This document shows, piece after piece, positions 11,301 through 22,017 of a DNA stretch of 64,000 bases. Position numbers and translations under genes: made by a program. The stretch comes from Bugula neritina (Eukaryota; Animalia; Bryozoa), in contig OZ037767.1 in NCBI GenBank assembly GCA_964035545.1, positions 18,382,259 to 18,446,258 on the forward strand, read 5' to 3'. Each line of letters starts with the position of its first letter. The stretch's first letter is position 1. The notes under the pieces were generated by a model that was not told the DNA's origin, made no database searches, and saw only the letters and a list, made by a program, of their open reading frames with translations.

Positions 11301-14300
11301 CACTGCTTAGCTTGCTTTGACTTGGCATGTTGACCTGCAGATAAGACTGGGAATGGCAACAAACTCCTATCAATATCAAATTATCAACATAATAAGTTCA
11401 AGAGCTGAGACCGCGTACTCATGCACTTAAGTACCAACGTTACAGACACAGCTATACGAGTCAAGGAGTACCTGGTAAACAGCGCCATCTGTAGGATGAA
11501 TAACAAACTTCACTCGCTTATCAGTGCTGAATCTGTGATACGTGTTTAGGCAGGTCAGGACAGTTTCAATCATGGTAGATGCCACTAAATCTGGTGGGTA
11601 CTTCAAGTTTCCTGTCCCAATGGCTGGATAGCTGACCACCTCGGAGTCTTTTAGACAGAAGTAAGATTTCTCAACAAGATCTCTCAAAACTGAAGCCTGA
11701 AACACCATTAAATCATTGCATTTCCATGACTGCGTATTATGCGAATGAATGCCTTTACCGTTCAATTGTGGGTTGTGGTTTGCATCAACTTATAGTTGTG
11801 ATTTCATTCAATGTAACTATTTCCATTAGCCAAATGAAAAAATATATTCGCATAATGCGATAATGGAAACGCAGTGCATGATAGTGATTGTGAAGAGAGT
11901 TAAACTACGGAGGTAATGCAAAAGCCAAAGGAGATACGACTAATAACATTCTGATTAAACCATTCTAGCATTGAGGAATAATTCAAGAAATCATTTATGC
12001 AAAGAATACAATTGTCTAAAGGTCTATGTTATCAACACTTTTTTTACAAGCAATTACCCTTTCATTTAGAGTAGACATATTCCATTCTGGGGTGTTATCA
12101 GAGTGATAAATGGACAGATTAGAACCAGACTTGGTTTGAACACACTGATGGCCACTCACGATTGTAGCTCCACATGCTGTTTCCAGTGCAGCTTTGATGG
12201 CGCCCTGACTACTAACAACTGCACCAGTCTACAAAATGAGCTTTAATGTCTATTAATTAAGAAACTATAGATAGAAGATAGAATATACTGTTATAGACTC
12301 CATGAAATAAAAGGTAGAGAAGAGTAGTATGTAATACTATGAGCTAAAATGCCGAGTACAGTAATTCAACAACATAAATAAAAACAAGTAATATTTCAAA
12401 ATAGGCAGATAACATCTAGTACTTGTGATTGGTAGAGATAGACAACATAAGGCTAGACTGTTGACAGTGAAACATGTCACACCTGAACACTGGAAATATC
12501 CCCTTCAACAACTTCTACCATAGCAAGAATCTCAGGTGCAATTGTTTCAGGTGTAACGGGGCGTGTGTTTAGCACAACTTTAGCTGGCGAAATATCAGTA
12601 TTCCCTGTATCTTGAACAAAGATGGAGGCAGCTCCCACAATAGCTGAGACAGCAACAGCACCAGATATAGCGCTTGCTGATTTTGTAAGTGAATCTTTAT
12701 TGAAAAAACTTCTGAAAACTGAAAAGAGTGATGCAATTTTTGAGGGCATGCAAGAGGTGCTTGTTTTACCATCTGTTGATAAAGTGCCAGTAGTAGCTGG
12801 TTTTGAAAGTTGCTGGGTAACCTTTGGAAACCTTTCTAACTTTGAACGGCGCCTACTTGAATGAGAGAAGCTAGAAAAAACAGGACTACCCTTAGATACC
12901 TGCAACAATACATTGAACAGATGTTCAATTTCGAGTAATCTATCTTTGCCAGTTTGAGACTTGAGCCAATGAGCGATACCAGGCTTTGAGCAAGCAATAG
13001 TTGCAGTAACTTTGTTCAATAGAAAATTGCTAAACTTATCAGCAAATTCTTCTAGAGACTCCACGGAATCGGATTCTATTTTCAGTTTCTCGGAGGTGAT
13101 AAGATCAGCAAAATCAACTTTGACTCCATTAACAGAGCATATTTCTGTAACAAGATCTTGACTTTTCGAAACAAGTGAAGCCAAACTACCAGGAATTTCA
13201 AGGCTCTTTTTAACCGGGAGAAAAGAAGCAAAACATTCACTCAAGACTTTGTCCGCAGAAGACAAACCTTTAGTTGAACGAATAGCAAACTTGATCTTTT
13301 TCTCAGATTCATCAAAATGAGTGACTAAAGTTTTACACTGATACTCAACAGCCAGACTACGAAACCTGTCTTGCCACACATACTCCGATGCAAGGAAATG
13401 TTTTTCGGTTAGAGACAATGATCGACCTTGTGGGTAATCACCTTCAGTTATCAAACCAAGTATTACATTTGAAGCCTTTTTAGCAGTTTGCAAGCGGTTG
13501 CTGCACACAGAGAGTGAATTAGCACTTACATGCCAACCGGCAAACAAGTTATACTGCTTAAATTCGTGAATAATTTCTGGTGCTTCAATACTTTTCATCA
13601 CAACATAGCAAACATTTGTCAAAGGCACTGTCTGAACCACAAAGGCACTGATGAGCTTTGTTAGACTCTCAACCACCTTAAGAACATTTTCTCTGTGACC
13701 TTGCACTTGTAAACATGATTCACTAAAAAAGACTTTAATAGTTACATTACAATCAGTTTCATAAGCTTTGACTGCATGCTTTTGACTGTAGATATATCTC
13801 AGCTGTTCCATGCTGAACTGTCTTTTTTCTCGGTGAAACACAAATGGGTCAAGACGAGAGAGGTCGAGATTCAATCTTTCTAACTGACTTGGATAAATCC
13901 ACCCAAAATTTTTAGGGTTGCTGGGCCGAGTTTTGATATTTTTTTCTGATGTTTTATGACTAGAGGTATGGTTTTCTGAGCTACCCATTTGTTGCAAAGA
14001 ATGGGAAAGCTCATTATTGCTTTCATTTGGCAAACAGCTTGAGTTTAAATGTTTCATATGTTCTCCCAAATTAGACTGCTTCAAGCTTGAATTTGAAAAA
14101 ATTAAGGTTTTGTTCAGCATAACATCCTCCTCCTCATCAAAATCAGAAGCTGCATCTCGTAGTTCTTTGTCATTTGTGTTAGCGCTTTTCTTTCCATGGT
14201 GACTAGTTAAGTTCCTTGATCTGCCATAAATACTAGAAAATTTAGTATGTTTTGTTTTCCGGACTCGAACTAGGTTTGTATTTTTTACGCAAACTTTAGA

Positions 14301-15168
14301 AGGGTTATGAGCACGAGAGCCTTTAGTTGAAAGTCTCCTACGACTTGGAATATGGTTAACTTTATCATCTGCTAAATTCAGGTCTTGGTGGTGACCACCA
14401 GCGAATTCACCTTGAGATTCCCCAGAGTTCTCTTGGTCATCATGACAAAATGTAGATAGATGCCTGACAGAGTCATCTGAAAGTCTAGGAGAGTGAGTTA
14501 AATGGCGTTCCAAATTTGTGTCATCTAAATCATCAATTGGCAAATTTGGTGAGGGTAATGTTGGTGGGTTCTGTTGAAAAGATTTGGCGCTTTTTGAAGT
14601 TTTCGTTTTAAATGCAACTTGTATTTGGCACCCGTGTACTAATGTTCCATCAAAGATTTCAATGCCCTACAATGAATATGTAAGTTTAGGTAAGCCTTTT
14701 AATGTTTCTACAATGAATAAACACTGAAACTAAAACAAGAATGCTACAGGTTAATATAAACAACACTACAAACCTTCTCGGCGTGTTCTTGACTACAGCA
14801 AAACACAAGAGCAGCGGTAGCATTTAGTCTGCGTATATTTTCTACGCAAATTTCTCTTTCAAGTATTTCTTTCAGTTCATTATCTTTAAGGCCTTGTTTT
14901 ATTCCACTTATGTATAAACTCTTCAAATACAAAAGCATCAGTATAAAGTACAATTTTACAACTACTAATATCCTATTAACTATATCCTATATGAAGCATG
15001 GAAATAGCAAAAAATGCACAATAAAGAAAAGCAATTATAATACTATAAAATTTAGGGGTGTCAGGCTACACAGTTGAACTTACTTATATCCATTCCAACA
15101 TTAGGCAATTAAAAATGTTTATCATTAGCACATAGCCTAACAGAACTTACATGCTTGTCTTCTGCCAT
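8369..15168 (-). CDS. PARP9/14/15-like macrodomain mono-ADP-ribosyltransferase (~1260 aa; RRM - low complexity - putative KH-like region - macro - ART). Exons: 15168-15151, 14920-14774, 14666-12483, 12228-12058, 11696-11472, 11039-10785, 10072-9913, 9563-9418, 9008-8825, 8655-8369
   Basis: All junctions GT-AG and phase compatible. ART motifs LPSHW, ILRVQN, LWHGT, FNRSYCGKNATVYGKGSYF, IFVVY and AYPTYVI; macro motifs VVEGDIS and YPAIGTGNLKYP; RNP2-like SLYISGI. The KH-like assignment is inferred from PARP14 architecture. Confidence 0.9.
8672..8818. repeat. 20-bp minisatellite (TAGTAGTAGTAACTGTATAC) filling the last PARP intron
   Basis: ~7 tandem copies between exon ends 8655 and 8825. Confidence 0.9.
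9005..9285. repeat. ~32-bp minisatellite whose unit contains the PARP splice acceptor
   Basis: Unit ATCTGTAGAATGTAGACATATATTAGATTACT, ~9 copies; minus strand reads TTCTACAG/AT. Confidence 0.92.
9680..9926. repeat. 35-bp minisatellite whose unit contains a PARP exon end and splice donor
   Basis: Unit ACAGATGGAACACAGACCTAAGGGTACAGCTATAT, 7 copies; minus strand reads GCTGTACCCTTAG/GTCTGT. Confidence 0.93.
10113..10453. mobile_element. Harbinger/Tourist-like MITE (341 bp) inserted in a 20-bp minisatellite in a PARP intron
   Basis: ~70-bp TIRs starting GCCTAGGGCCACACTGTGCG; TAA TSD at 10110-10112 and 10454-10456; flanking repeat CTCTAAGTACTAGACCACAC resumes after the insertion. Confidence 0.93.
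10531..10668. repeat. ~34-bp minisatellite (AGCAAAGTACATAATGCTAATTAACTAGTTGTAT) x4
   Basis: Direct tandem copies. Confidence 0.88.
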
Positions 15169-16269
15169 ACTAGCAGATATTGAAATTCATCAAAGTACTG
15201 GCTGATCCACCTACAAAATATTTTTTGTAAAATGTAAACTTGTTATTTAAAAAAAACAGTATACTTCATTATAATAGGCACGCTAGATTGATAACCTGCT
15301 ACAGCGTACAAAATAGCTGGTATGTCTTAGGTACCAACAAATCAACACCAGAGCAGTCAATATAACCGACTGATCATTATAAAAGGACAACAGCCATCAG
15401 TGTTTACTAAGTGCGCAATAAATGCATAAGTTATTTATTGATATACACTTACAGTAGATCTGGTAGGCTCGGTTAGGTTGATACAGCATAGTCATATATT
15501 TAATATAACTTACATATATTAGATTATTTTTGTTGAAGTGTAGAAAAACATAAAAACTAACAACTTTATGTTTGGTTTTAATTAGCATTCGATTGTAAAA
15601 AGTAGATATGATATATTAAGTTTTACTTCCATTTTTTTGGACCAAGTGTAAGCATTATGATTATTATTTATCATTATTAACATCGTCATTCACTCATTGT
15701 AATACTAATAGTAATCCTTATACTTATAGACTATCACTATAGTTATACTAACGTCTAATGTTATACAGTACGAGTATGAGTACAAGTTGAAGTATTAGTA
15801 ATACTAATACTAATACTTAATCTGAATCTAATGGCTATAGCAATACTCACTAATACCTCATACTTCTTACTGATATTGGGGTACGTGTTTCAGTATTACA
15901 CTCACAGTCCCACTGACACTCGCTTACACTGTGACTGTCACCGTGACACTCAGGCTCAGCACTGACAGTGACTCAGACTGAGTCAGCGTGATAATCAATT
16001 TCATAATATTGTAATAGTGATTCACTTATAAATTCCAAAACTAAATGAAAAAGCTCTAATATACTACTACTACTACTGCCTGAAGACTTTGAAAAGTTAT
16101 TGCTGATTGAAACTCCTCCAAGTTTTAACAGAAAACGTAACGCTTGGCACCTAAAGCACTCCTTTCTGCGAAACTACTTTTATCCTTGCAGAACAATATC
16201 AGAAAGTAATAATTACTGTTGATCTTTGAAGCTCTCTCGTAGAAAATGTCATTTTGAAACCTAGGCTAA

Positions 16270-16280
16270 GGGGAGTCCCC
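16270..16280. promoter_or_regulatory. Candidate NF-kappaB/Rel site GGGGAGTCCCC upstream of the PARP gene
   Basis: Matches GGGRNNYYCC on both strands; near-palindromic in AT-rich context, ~1.1 kb upstream of the PARP ATG. Confidence 0.4.
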
Positions 16281-16408
16281 GTCAAAAATATCTTTCGGCA
16301 TGGTGGAGATAATTCTCTATACGACATTAGGGTTCGAAGTTATTATTATATTATACATATACAAAGTATAATGTTGAATTTACATCACACCATGTCATGA
16401 ATGCTTTC

Positions 16409-16574
16409 CTAGTAAACACGAGGTTGTGGGTTCGAGCCTGGACATAGGCCATTGGTGATGTTAGGAAGAGCATCCAGTCATAATTGCTCCTGTGCCTCAT
16501 TTAAATAAGTCCTTAGCCTGCTTTAATCACATTTTAGTCACACCCGGATAGCGACTATAAACTTGCGTGAGTGC
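16409..16574 (+). mobile_element. 5'-truncated tRNA-derived SINE with 15-bp TSD
   Basis: B box GGTTCGAGCC; TSD GTCATGAATGCTTTC at 16394-16408 and 16575-16589; homologous to 35750-35915. Confidence 0.85.
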
Positions 16575-16713
16575 GTCATGAATGCTTTCAGTATAGGAAA
16601 TTAAAAGTAACAGCGATTGGATGGAAAAATTATCATGCTCAGTAAACTTGCTTAATTGGATATTGTAGTAACTTTGTGGGTTGAATGAAACTTAAGTGCT
16701 GAACATATCTCTT

Positions 16714-16964
16714 TGTAAGAAAGAACAATATGGATGATATTCTTCAGTAGTAGCAATCTTTATTGTAGCGTAATAGAGTGGTCTTCAACAGGCGAGCTCC
16801 AGTGGTAGACTGAACTACGCTAGAAACTCGCCTGCTTTTATACACAAGAATTCACACTCTAGAATGTTCCAACAGACAAAAGAAAGTTAAGCTTGACAGA
16901 AACAAAAGAAAAGTAGACAAAGAAGAATGAATAATTCAATAAGCCAAGAGTTTAGCTATAATAA
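16714..16964 (-). mobile_element. Possible fragment of an unrelated LTR abutting the Gypsy element
   Basis: TGT end, minus-strand AATAAA (~16760) and TATAAAA (~16840) in LTR-like spacing; no TSD found. Confidence 0.3.
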
Positions 16965-17604
16965 TGTAGTAATTCGTGCAATTACTGTGCGTGAGTTTTC
17001 TACTTGCGTATTTAGTTGGCTATTCTACTAGCAATTACTAGGGTAGCTGTCGAGTAATTACGTTTATTATCCACGATACAATACAAAACAAACATTACAT
17101 CAAATTACACTATAACATCAGTCACTACTAACACATGTTTCTACTTCAAGCCCTAGCTTACAACAACGTGATCATTGTCAATTGCCCGGGAATTGTCACA
17201 TGAGTCGGAAGCATATCTTCCGGTGCTGCTGATTGGTTACTACATAGGGCCTCAGAATTCCCAGAACGGAGAGAGGACGATTCTTATATTAGTACATTGC
17301 ATGACTCACTAAACCCCCCCTCCCCCAGCAGGAAGTCCTACTTTCTGATAACACAAAAAAACCACATACAAAGAAAAACAATACAATAATCCAAAAAAAG
17401 AATACATAATCAAACCCACAAAAAGGAAAAAGAGAAATAGTTGAGTACACAAGCATTTATAGAAGTAAACAGGGTGGTCGAACACACACAGCTAGTCAGC
17501 TATAGAGAGAGAGGGTGCTTACCAGCACGCGGGCCAATGTCGGGGAGCTCGTCACTTCACAGACGAGGATACATTCCACCGAAAGGTGCCTACTCCAGGC
17601 ATAC

Positions 17605-18662
17605 TCATTGGGTGGGCTCTGACTCTTGTAGTGAGCGTGAACTGTGTCGAGCCTGTCGGGCACGTAGCCTCCGCTTCAGTCGCCCCACTGAGTCCTTCAG
17701 CTAGTATAGGCCTGTCGTCGTATCCAGCAGGTCAGGGGCAAGTTGTGTAAACTCGGCTTGTAGTTTTACAAGCCGCTCTTCTACACTAGCCAATCGGCTA
17801 GGTCCTAGTGAGGTTGTAGCAGTCTCTGATATTGGGGGTATCGTCGTTCCTTCTGATTTGGGGGTGTTGCTAGGGTTGACGGGGGCAGTGGACGGGGCCT
17901 GAACCATAGGAGACTTATGGCGGGCGAATAACAGTAGTACTTGGAACCCTGACGCTAGTGCGGCCAGGGTGATAGTGTTCTTGATGACCGGCTTGATGGT
18001 GTCTAGGTACTGGGAGAAACTGTCCTCATCTATGATATGGCCTTCTCCGGCGAAGCAGCTCAATTTATGGACGATCACAGGGTACGGGTATACATCGTGG
18101 AACCCGCATGGGCAGAAATGTAGTAGAAAGTGTGCGTCTACATGCAGACGCAAGGAGCGGTGTGACGGGCACTCCTTGAAACAGACCTGGCGGGCCCGGT
18201 GGGGTCCGCTTGGTCTCCAGGCTTCCTCAATCCTCCTTTCCGTCGTGGGTGACACCCATCGGTGTCGTCGACGAAGCACCACGGGTAGGCCATTTTCCAT
18301 CACAGGTTCTTCCTCCATAGGTATAGGGGTTGGCTGGTCCTGTGACCGGGAGGTGGTCACTCGAGTGTGATCTGAAAGAGTAGCAGTGTTAAAAATTATA
18401 CACTGAGGTACCGCCGGCGTGTACAGCCTGACAGGTACTCTGTTCAGTTACACTCGTGAGATTCAGGCTAATGAATAGTTGATCGAGAACACACTCGCTA
18501 TGGCAGATTATTTAAAATCAAAATCGACGTGTGTTCCCACCACTGTGTTTCATTATCGAATCTCCAGCTCGCTAACTGGTGTAGCTAGAGCTGACTGATG
18601 TAGTCTAGTTCTCGTACCAAAAACATAATTAACTCACCCTTCGATTCAGAATAGTAAGACAT
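17605..18662 (-). CDS. Spliced accessory ORF3 of the Gypsy element: C2H2-like + C2HC zinc fingers and C-terminal coiled coil; exons 18662-18638 and 18371-17701 (probably to 17605 ancestrally)
   Basis: AAAATG start; MSYYSESK then G/GTGAGT donor; CTCTTTCAG/AT acceptor; phase-1 join in frame with ORF 17701..18360. (R)x2C-x12-Hx3H and CxC-x12-Hx3C spacing; heptad pattern continues 31 codons past the TAG at 17703-17701. Confidence 0.75.
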
Positions 18663-18685
18663 TTTGGAATGAGAGCGGTAAATGA

Positions 18686-19534
18686 TTAATGTTTAGTGGC
18701 ACGTCTACTCTTGACTGCATCAACGTAGGAAAAGACCGGGCAGCGTGGTTGTGAAGCGTGACTAGGGCTTTTTACTTCTAGCGGATGAATCTCGTGTGTG
18801 ATTCCGCCGAGGCAAAAGTTGAGATTTTCGTGGTGTTCACAACTCCTACGTCTCTTTGCCTGTTTTCCCATGCGAGACCTCGCTAAACCTTCATAACTGC
18901 TGCTTGTAACGCGGTCACGTACGAAGTCTCCGAGATACGCTGGGGGTTGCCTAGTGTGTGGTCCTGGAGGCGTCGTCACTGTGGGAGGCGGTGTGCTCAC
19001 CCGTGGATTTTTATGTCTCACGGGTGGTTTTTCCAGCCTGTTTGTGACGGTTTTTCCTACGTTGGTATTCCGTATGGAGCCCCTCCCACGAGGGGGTTTT
19101 TGCACTTCCGGACCCGTTTCCGGTTCCGGAAGTGGTGGTGGTGGCAGGCTTGACGTTGGGGGCGGTGGGCGCACTTCCAAGGACGGAAGTGGCCTTTCTT
19201 GCTTCGCCAAGTCTTCCTGAGGAGTCATGGGGGTGTTTCCGGCCAGGACGACAGTCTCCGCTTGCCAAGACCTTCTCGCACAATGCGTCTGCTGCCCCGC
19301 TTCACCAGGGAGACGGCTATGCTTGTTGGTCTGGCAGACTTCGCACCGTCTCACTCTGCGCCGGATGTCCCGCTGCATCTTGGGCCAGTACCACCGGAGT
19401 TGTAGCTTGGTGACCACCCCCTGGACTCCTTCGTGAGTCTGCTCGTGGGTGTCCCGTATCAACTCCCGGTGGATGGCAGCTGGGCAGACAATCCTCTTCC
19501 TGGCTGGTTGTCTGCTGTTGGCGGCCAAAGTCAT
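18686..19534 (-). pseudogene. Integrase remnant (HHCC zinc-binding domain fused to pol C-terminal tail; DDE core deleted)
   Basis: HEQTH...WYWPKMQRDIRRRVRRCEVCQ aligns with the integrase at 23895..24752, then jumps to a Pro-rich tail with PPAYLGDF. Confidence 0.85.
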
Positions 19535-19777
19535 GGTCAGCAGACCATCTGGCCCGACCCGCAGGGAGTTCCAACGTTGACAGTACAGCCGTAACTCGGA
19601 ACATTCCTGTCACCGTTGTCTACCACTGGGTCGTCGCCCTTTCTGTTTCGCTCGGTACACGTCGACTACCACCCCAGGAAGGCTTTCCTGGAGTTTCGGC
19701 AGCTCCCTAACATTACCAGCCCATACAGGTTTGGCGCGGAGGCTCTGGACGGCCTCCGGGGGCATGTCAGCCCTCTG

Positions 19778-21157
19778 TTAGAGTTGGCCCGGGTTCCGTG
19801 TTGGCAACGGGGACCGCGGGGGAACCCTGCTCTTCTTCTTCGGGCCCAACCTCTTCGTGAGCTGCCGAGTAGGGGCGATCTCCGCCGCCCGTGGTACTTC
19901 ACGACGGCCCGCTCTATTTAGGCGAGCGTCATGGTCTGTGTGGCGGAGCGCCTCACTGTACCTGTGTGGCAACATAGCCATAGCATGGCGCTTTCCGTTG
20001 CCTGTGTAGCCACGCGTCCCTGAAGGATGGGAGGCGTGGGTTGGGACGGTCCTCCGCCCTTGAGACGGGCTCTGTTGAGGACCTTCTGTCGTAGCTCCCA
20101 ACGACGGCCCAATGGTTTCCTCCTGGACAGGATGGAAGCGTCCCAGCATGGACCTGGGTGGTAGGTTTACCGTCTGTGAGGAGGGGTTGACGCACTGCAC
20201 TGAGATCTCTCCTTGTCGCGTAAGCCGGCTAAAGCTATGGGCAAGTTGGATTCTTGAGTGCGTACTTTTGACAACTCCCAACCTAGAGGTCTGGCCACCG
20301 TCTACTTTGCAGCGGACGGTAACCCGGGAGTGGCCTGGTATCGTACAGCTCCGTACTACCTGCACTCCTCCCGCTAGAGGACGACCAAACTTATCGACAC
20401 AGGCGAGCTCTCTGTCGCCCATGATCATCGCAGATTTACTGAAATCGATGCGACATCCGTGTCGTTGTAAGAATGGCATCCTGAGGATAGCATCCTCGTT
20501 GAGCTGTTCGACGATAAACGTCTCCCGGATGGCCCGGTTACGGATGTAACCAGTCAGCTCAATAATGCCGTAGAAGGAAATGCACGACCCGTCTGCCAGG
20601 GTGCCACGATCCTCCTCATACGGTGCCAGACAGTCCCTGACCTTAGCGCTGAGAGTGTCAAAGAACTGACGGCTAAGGAGGTTGGTGGTGCAGCCCGAGT
20701 CCAGAAGGAAGTTGGCAGGCTTGCCAGTTTGCTTTCCTGGCAGGAAGTAGCTACTTCCGTGTGGCTGCATCTGTGTGTGCCGTGGTTGCACCTCCCTCGC
20801 TGTGGGTCGAGGGGTCCACGGTTGGCGACGACTATTGACCAGCTGCCGAGGTTGGGGCGGTACGCCTTGCGGCGCCTGTACCGTTTCCCTCGCAGGCTCT
20901 GAGGTCAACCGTCCGTCGGATCCGTGTTGGAGTGGCATAGAGGACCCAGGTGGCGAGTGGCTTGAACAGCCTACTTGCCGTGGGGGTCGCCACTTCACAG
21001 CATCTCCGCGTGGCGCCCAGCGGGGCGGCAGACGTGTTGTCTTCCCTGGGTGATTTACCGGCGGCCCGCAGGAGGTGGGAACATCTGCGGGCCGTGGTAG
21101 TTTAACCCTTGTTGGAGTTGAGGCCAGTTTTTCTGGAAATATCCTGGCCTCCCACAT
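19778..21157 (-). CDS. Gypsy aspartic protease region followed by a degenerate RT N-terminus
   Basis: FLLDSGCTTNLLS active site and DAILRMPFL; then a decayed RT start (PTRQLTKRLGPKK) with no YxDD. Confidence 0.8.
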   Translation of the reverse strand: MWEARIFPEKLASTPTRVKLPRPADVPTSCGPPVNHPGKTTRLPPRWAPRGDAVKWRPPRQVGCSSHSPPGSSMPLQHGSDGRLTSEPARETVQAPQGVPPQPRQLVNSRRQPWTPRPTAREVQPRHTQMQPHGSSYFLPGKQTGKPANFLLDSGCTTNLLSRQFFDTLSAKVRDCLAPYEEDRGTLADGSCISFYGIIELTGYIRNRAIRETFIVEQLNEDAILRMPFLQRHGCRIDFSKSAMIMGDRELACVDKFGRPLAGGVQVVRSCTIPGHSRVTVRCKVDGGQTSRLGVVKSTHSRIQLAHSFSRLTRQGEISVQCVNPSSQTVNLPPRSMLGRFHPVQEETIGPSLGATTEGPQQSPSQGRRTVPTHASHPSGTRGYTGNGKRHAMAMLPHRYSEALRHTDHDARLNRAGRREVPRAAEIAPTRQLTKRLGPKKKSRVPPRSPLPTRNPGQL

Positions 21158-21159
21158 CC

Positions 21160-22017
21160 CTAGCAGAAGTTATGCCCCGTGCCTGGTGATTGTACCTGCG
21201 GCCCGCAAGGCTCACGGGCGGTATCTACCTGACTTGGGGGAGCTAATGTGGCGACCAGTTTGGCTAGCATGTCAGTTATCTGTGCGACTTTCGATGCTAC
21301 CGACATCTGGGTCACATTAGCTACCGCGGAGGGTTCCGCATTTGGTTCAGTATGAGCAGTAGTGTGCTCCGTGGCCACCTGGCGGGAGGCCACGCGGTTG
21401 CGATGCATCTGAGTCGCCAAGAGGTAGGCTTCTCCCACCACGAGTGCATCCTCGACCGTGGCGACTCCCCTCGCTTGGAACTGATGGTGGAGCCCCAAGT
21501 CGTTGATGGACTGCACGAAGGCATCATAAGTATACCCCTCACGGTTCGCTTGAGGCAGATCGCGGAACGCGATCTGCGCCAGCGTCATTACCGTGGTAGC
21601 GTGCTCCTGCAGCGGCGTGTGAGGATCACGCCGCAGCTTTTGTAGGCGGTCTCGCGCATCTATGGCGGAGATACCAAAACGGGCCCGCAGAGAAGCAAAG
21701 ATCCCGTCTATGTCAGGTCCCACTTCGTATGGCTTAGCCTTGTCTGTCAGCGCTATCCTGAGTTTGAGCAACGCCACCCTTAGTGGCCACCGTGCAACTT
21801 TCATCACATCTTGGAATTCCTGGATAAATTGCTCTACGGCTTCCTCGCCTGTGAAGGTGGGCGCCTTCAGCCGGTATCTATCCTCACCAGGCTCTCTAGG
21901 AATTCTTACTTCTTCTAACACTACTGGTTCTACAGGTATATCAACATTATCTTCCTCACCTTCATTTAGTGGAATGGGTAGCTCCGTACCGTCTTCTGCC
22001 ATGACTGTTATACGCAA
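21160..22017 (-). CDS. gag: Gypsy Gag
   Basis: Follows the PBS; motifs LKAPTFTG..VEQFIQEF and FASLRARFG; first ATG near 22002. Confidence 0.85.
   Translation of the reverse strand: MRITVMAEDGTELPIPLNEGEEDNVDIPVEPVVLEEVRIPREPGEDRYRLKAPTFTGEEAVEQFIQEFQDVMKVARWPLRVALLKLRIALTDKAKPYEVGPDIDGIFASLRARFGISAIDARDRLQKLRRDPHTPLQEHATTVMTLAQIAFRDLPQANREGYTYDAFVQSINDLGLHHQFQARGVATVEDALVVGEAYLLATQMHRNRVASRQVATEHTTAHTEPNAEPSAVANVTQMSVASKVAQITDMLAKLVATLAPPSQVDTAREPCGPQVQSPGTGHNFC

Noticed and set aside
16080-16252. ATG at ~16252 as the PARP start
   Set aside because: The frame closes after 17 codons; MAEDKH at 15168 splices in frame to the RRM, so this region is more likely 5' UTR.
16409-16445. tRNA gene
   Set aside because: No complete cloverleaf; the B box belongs to a SINE with a TSD.
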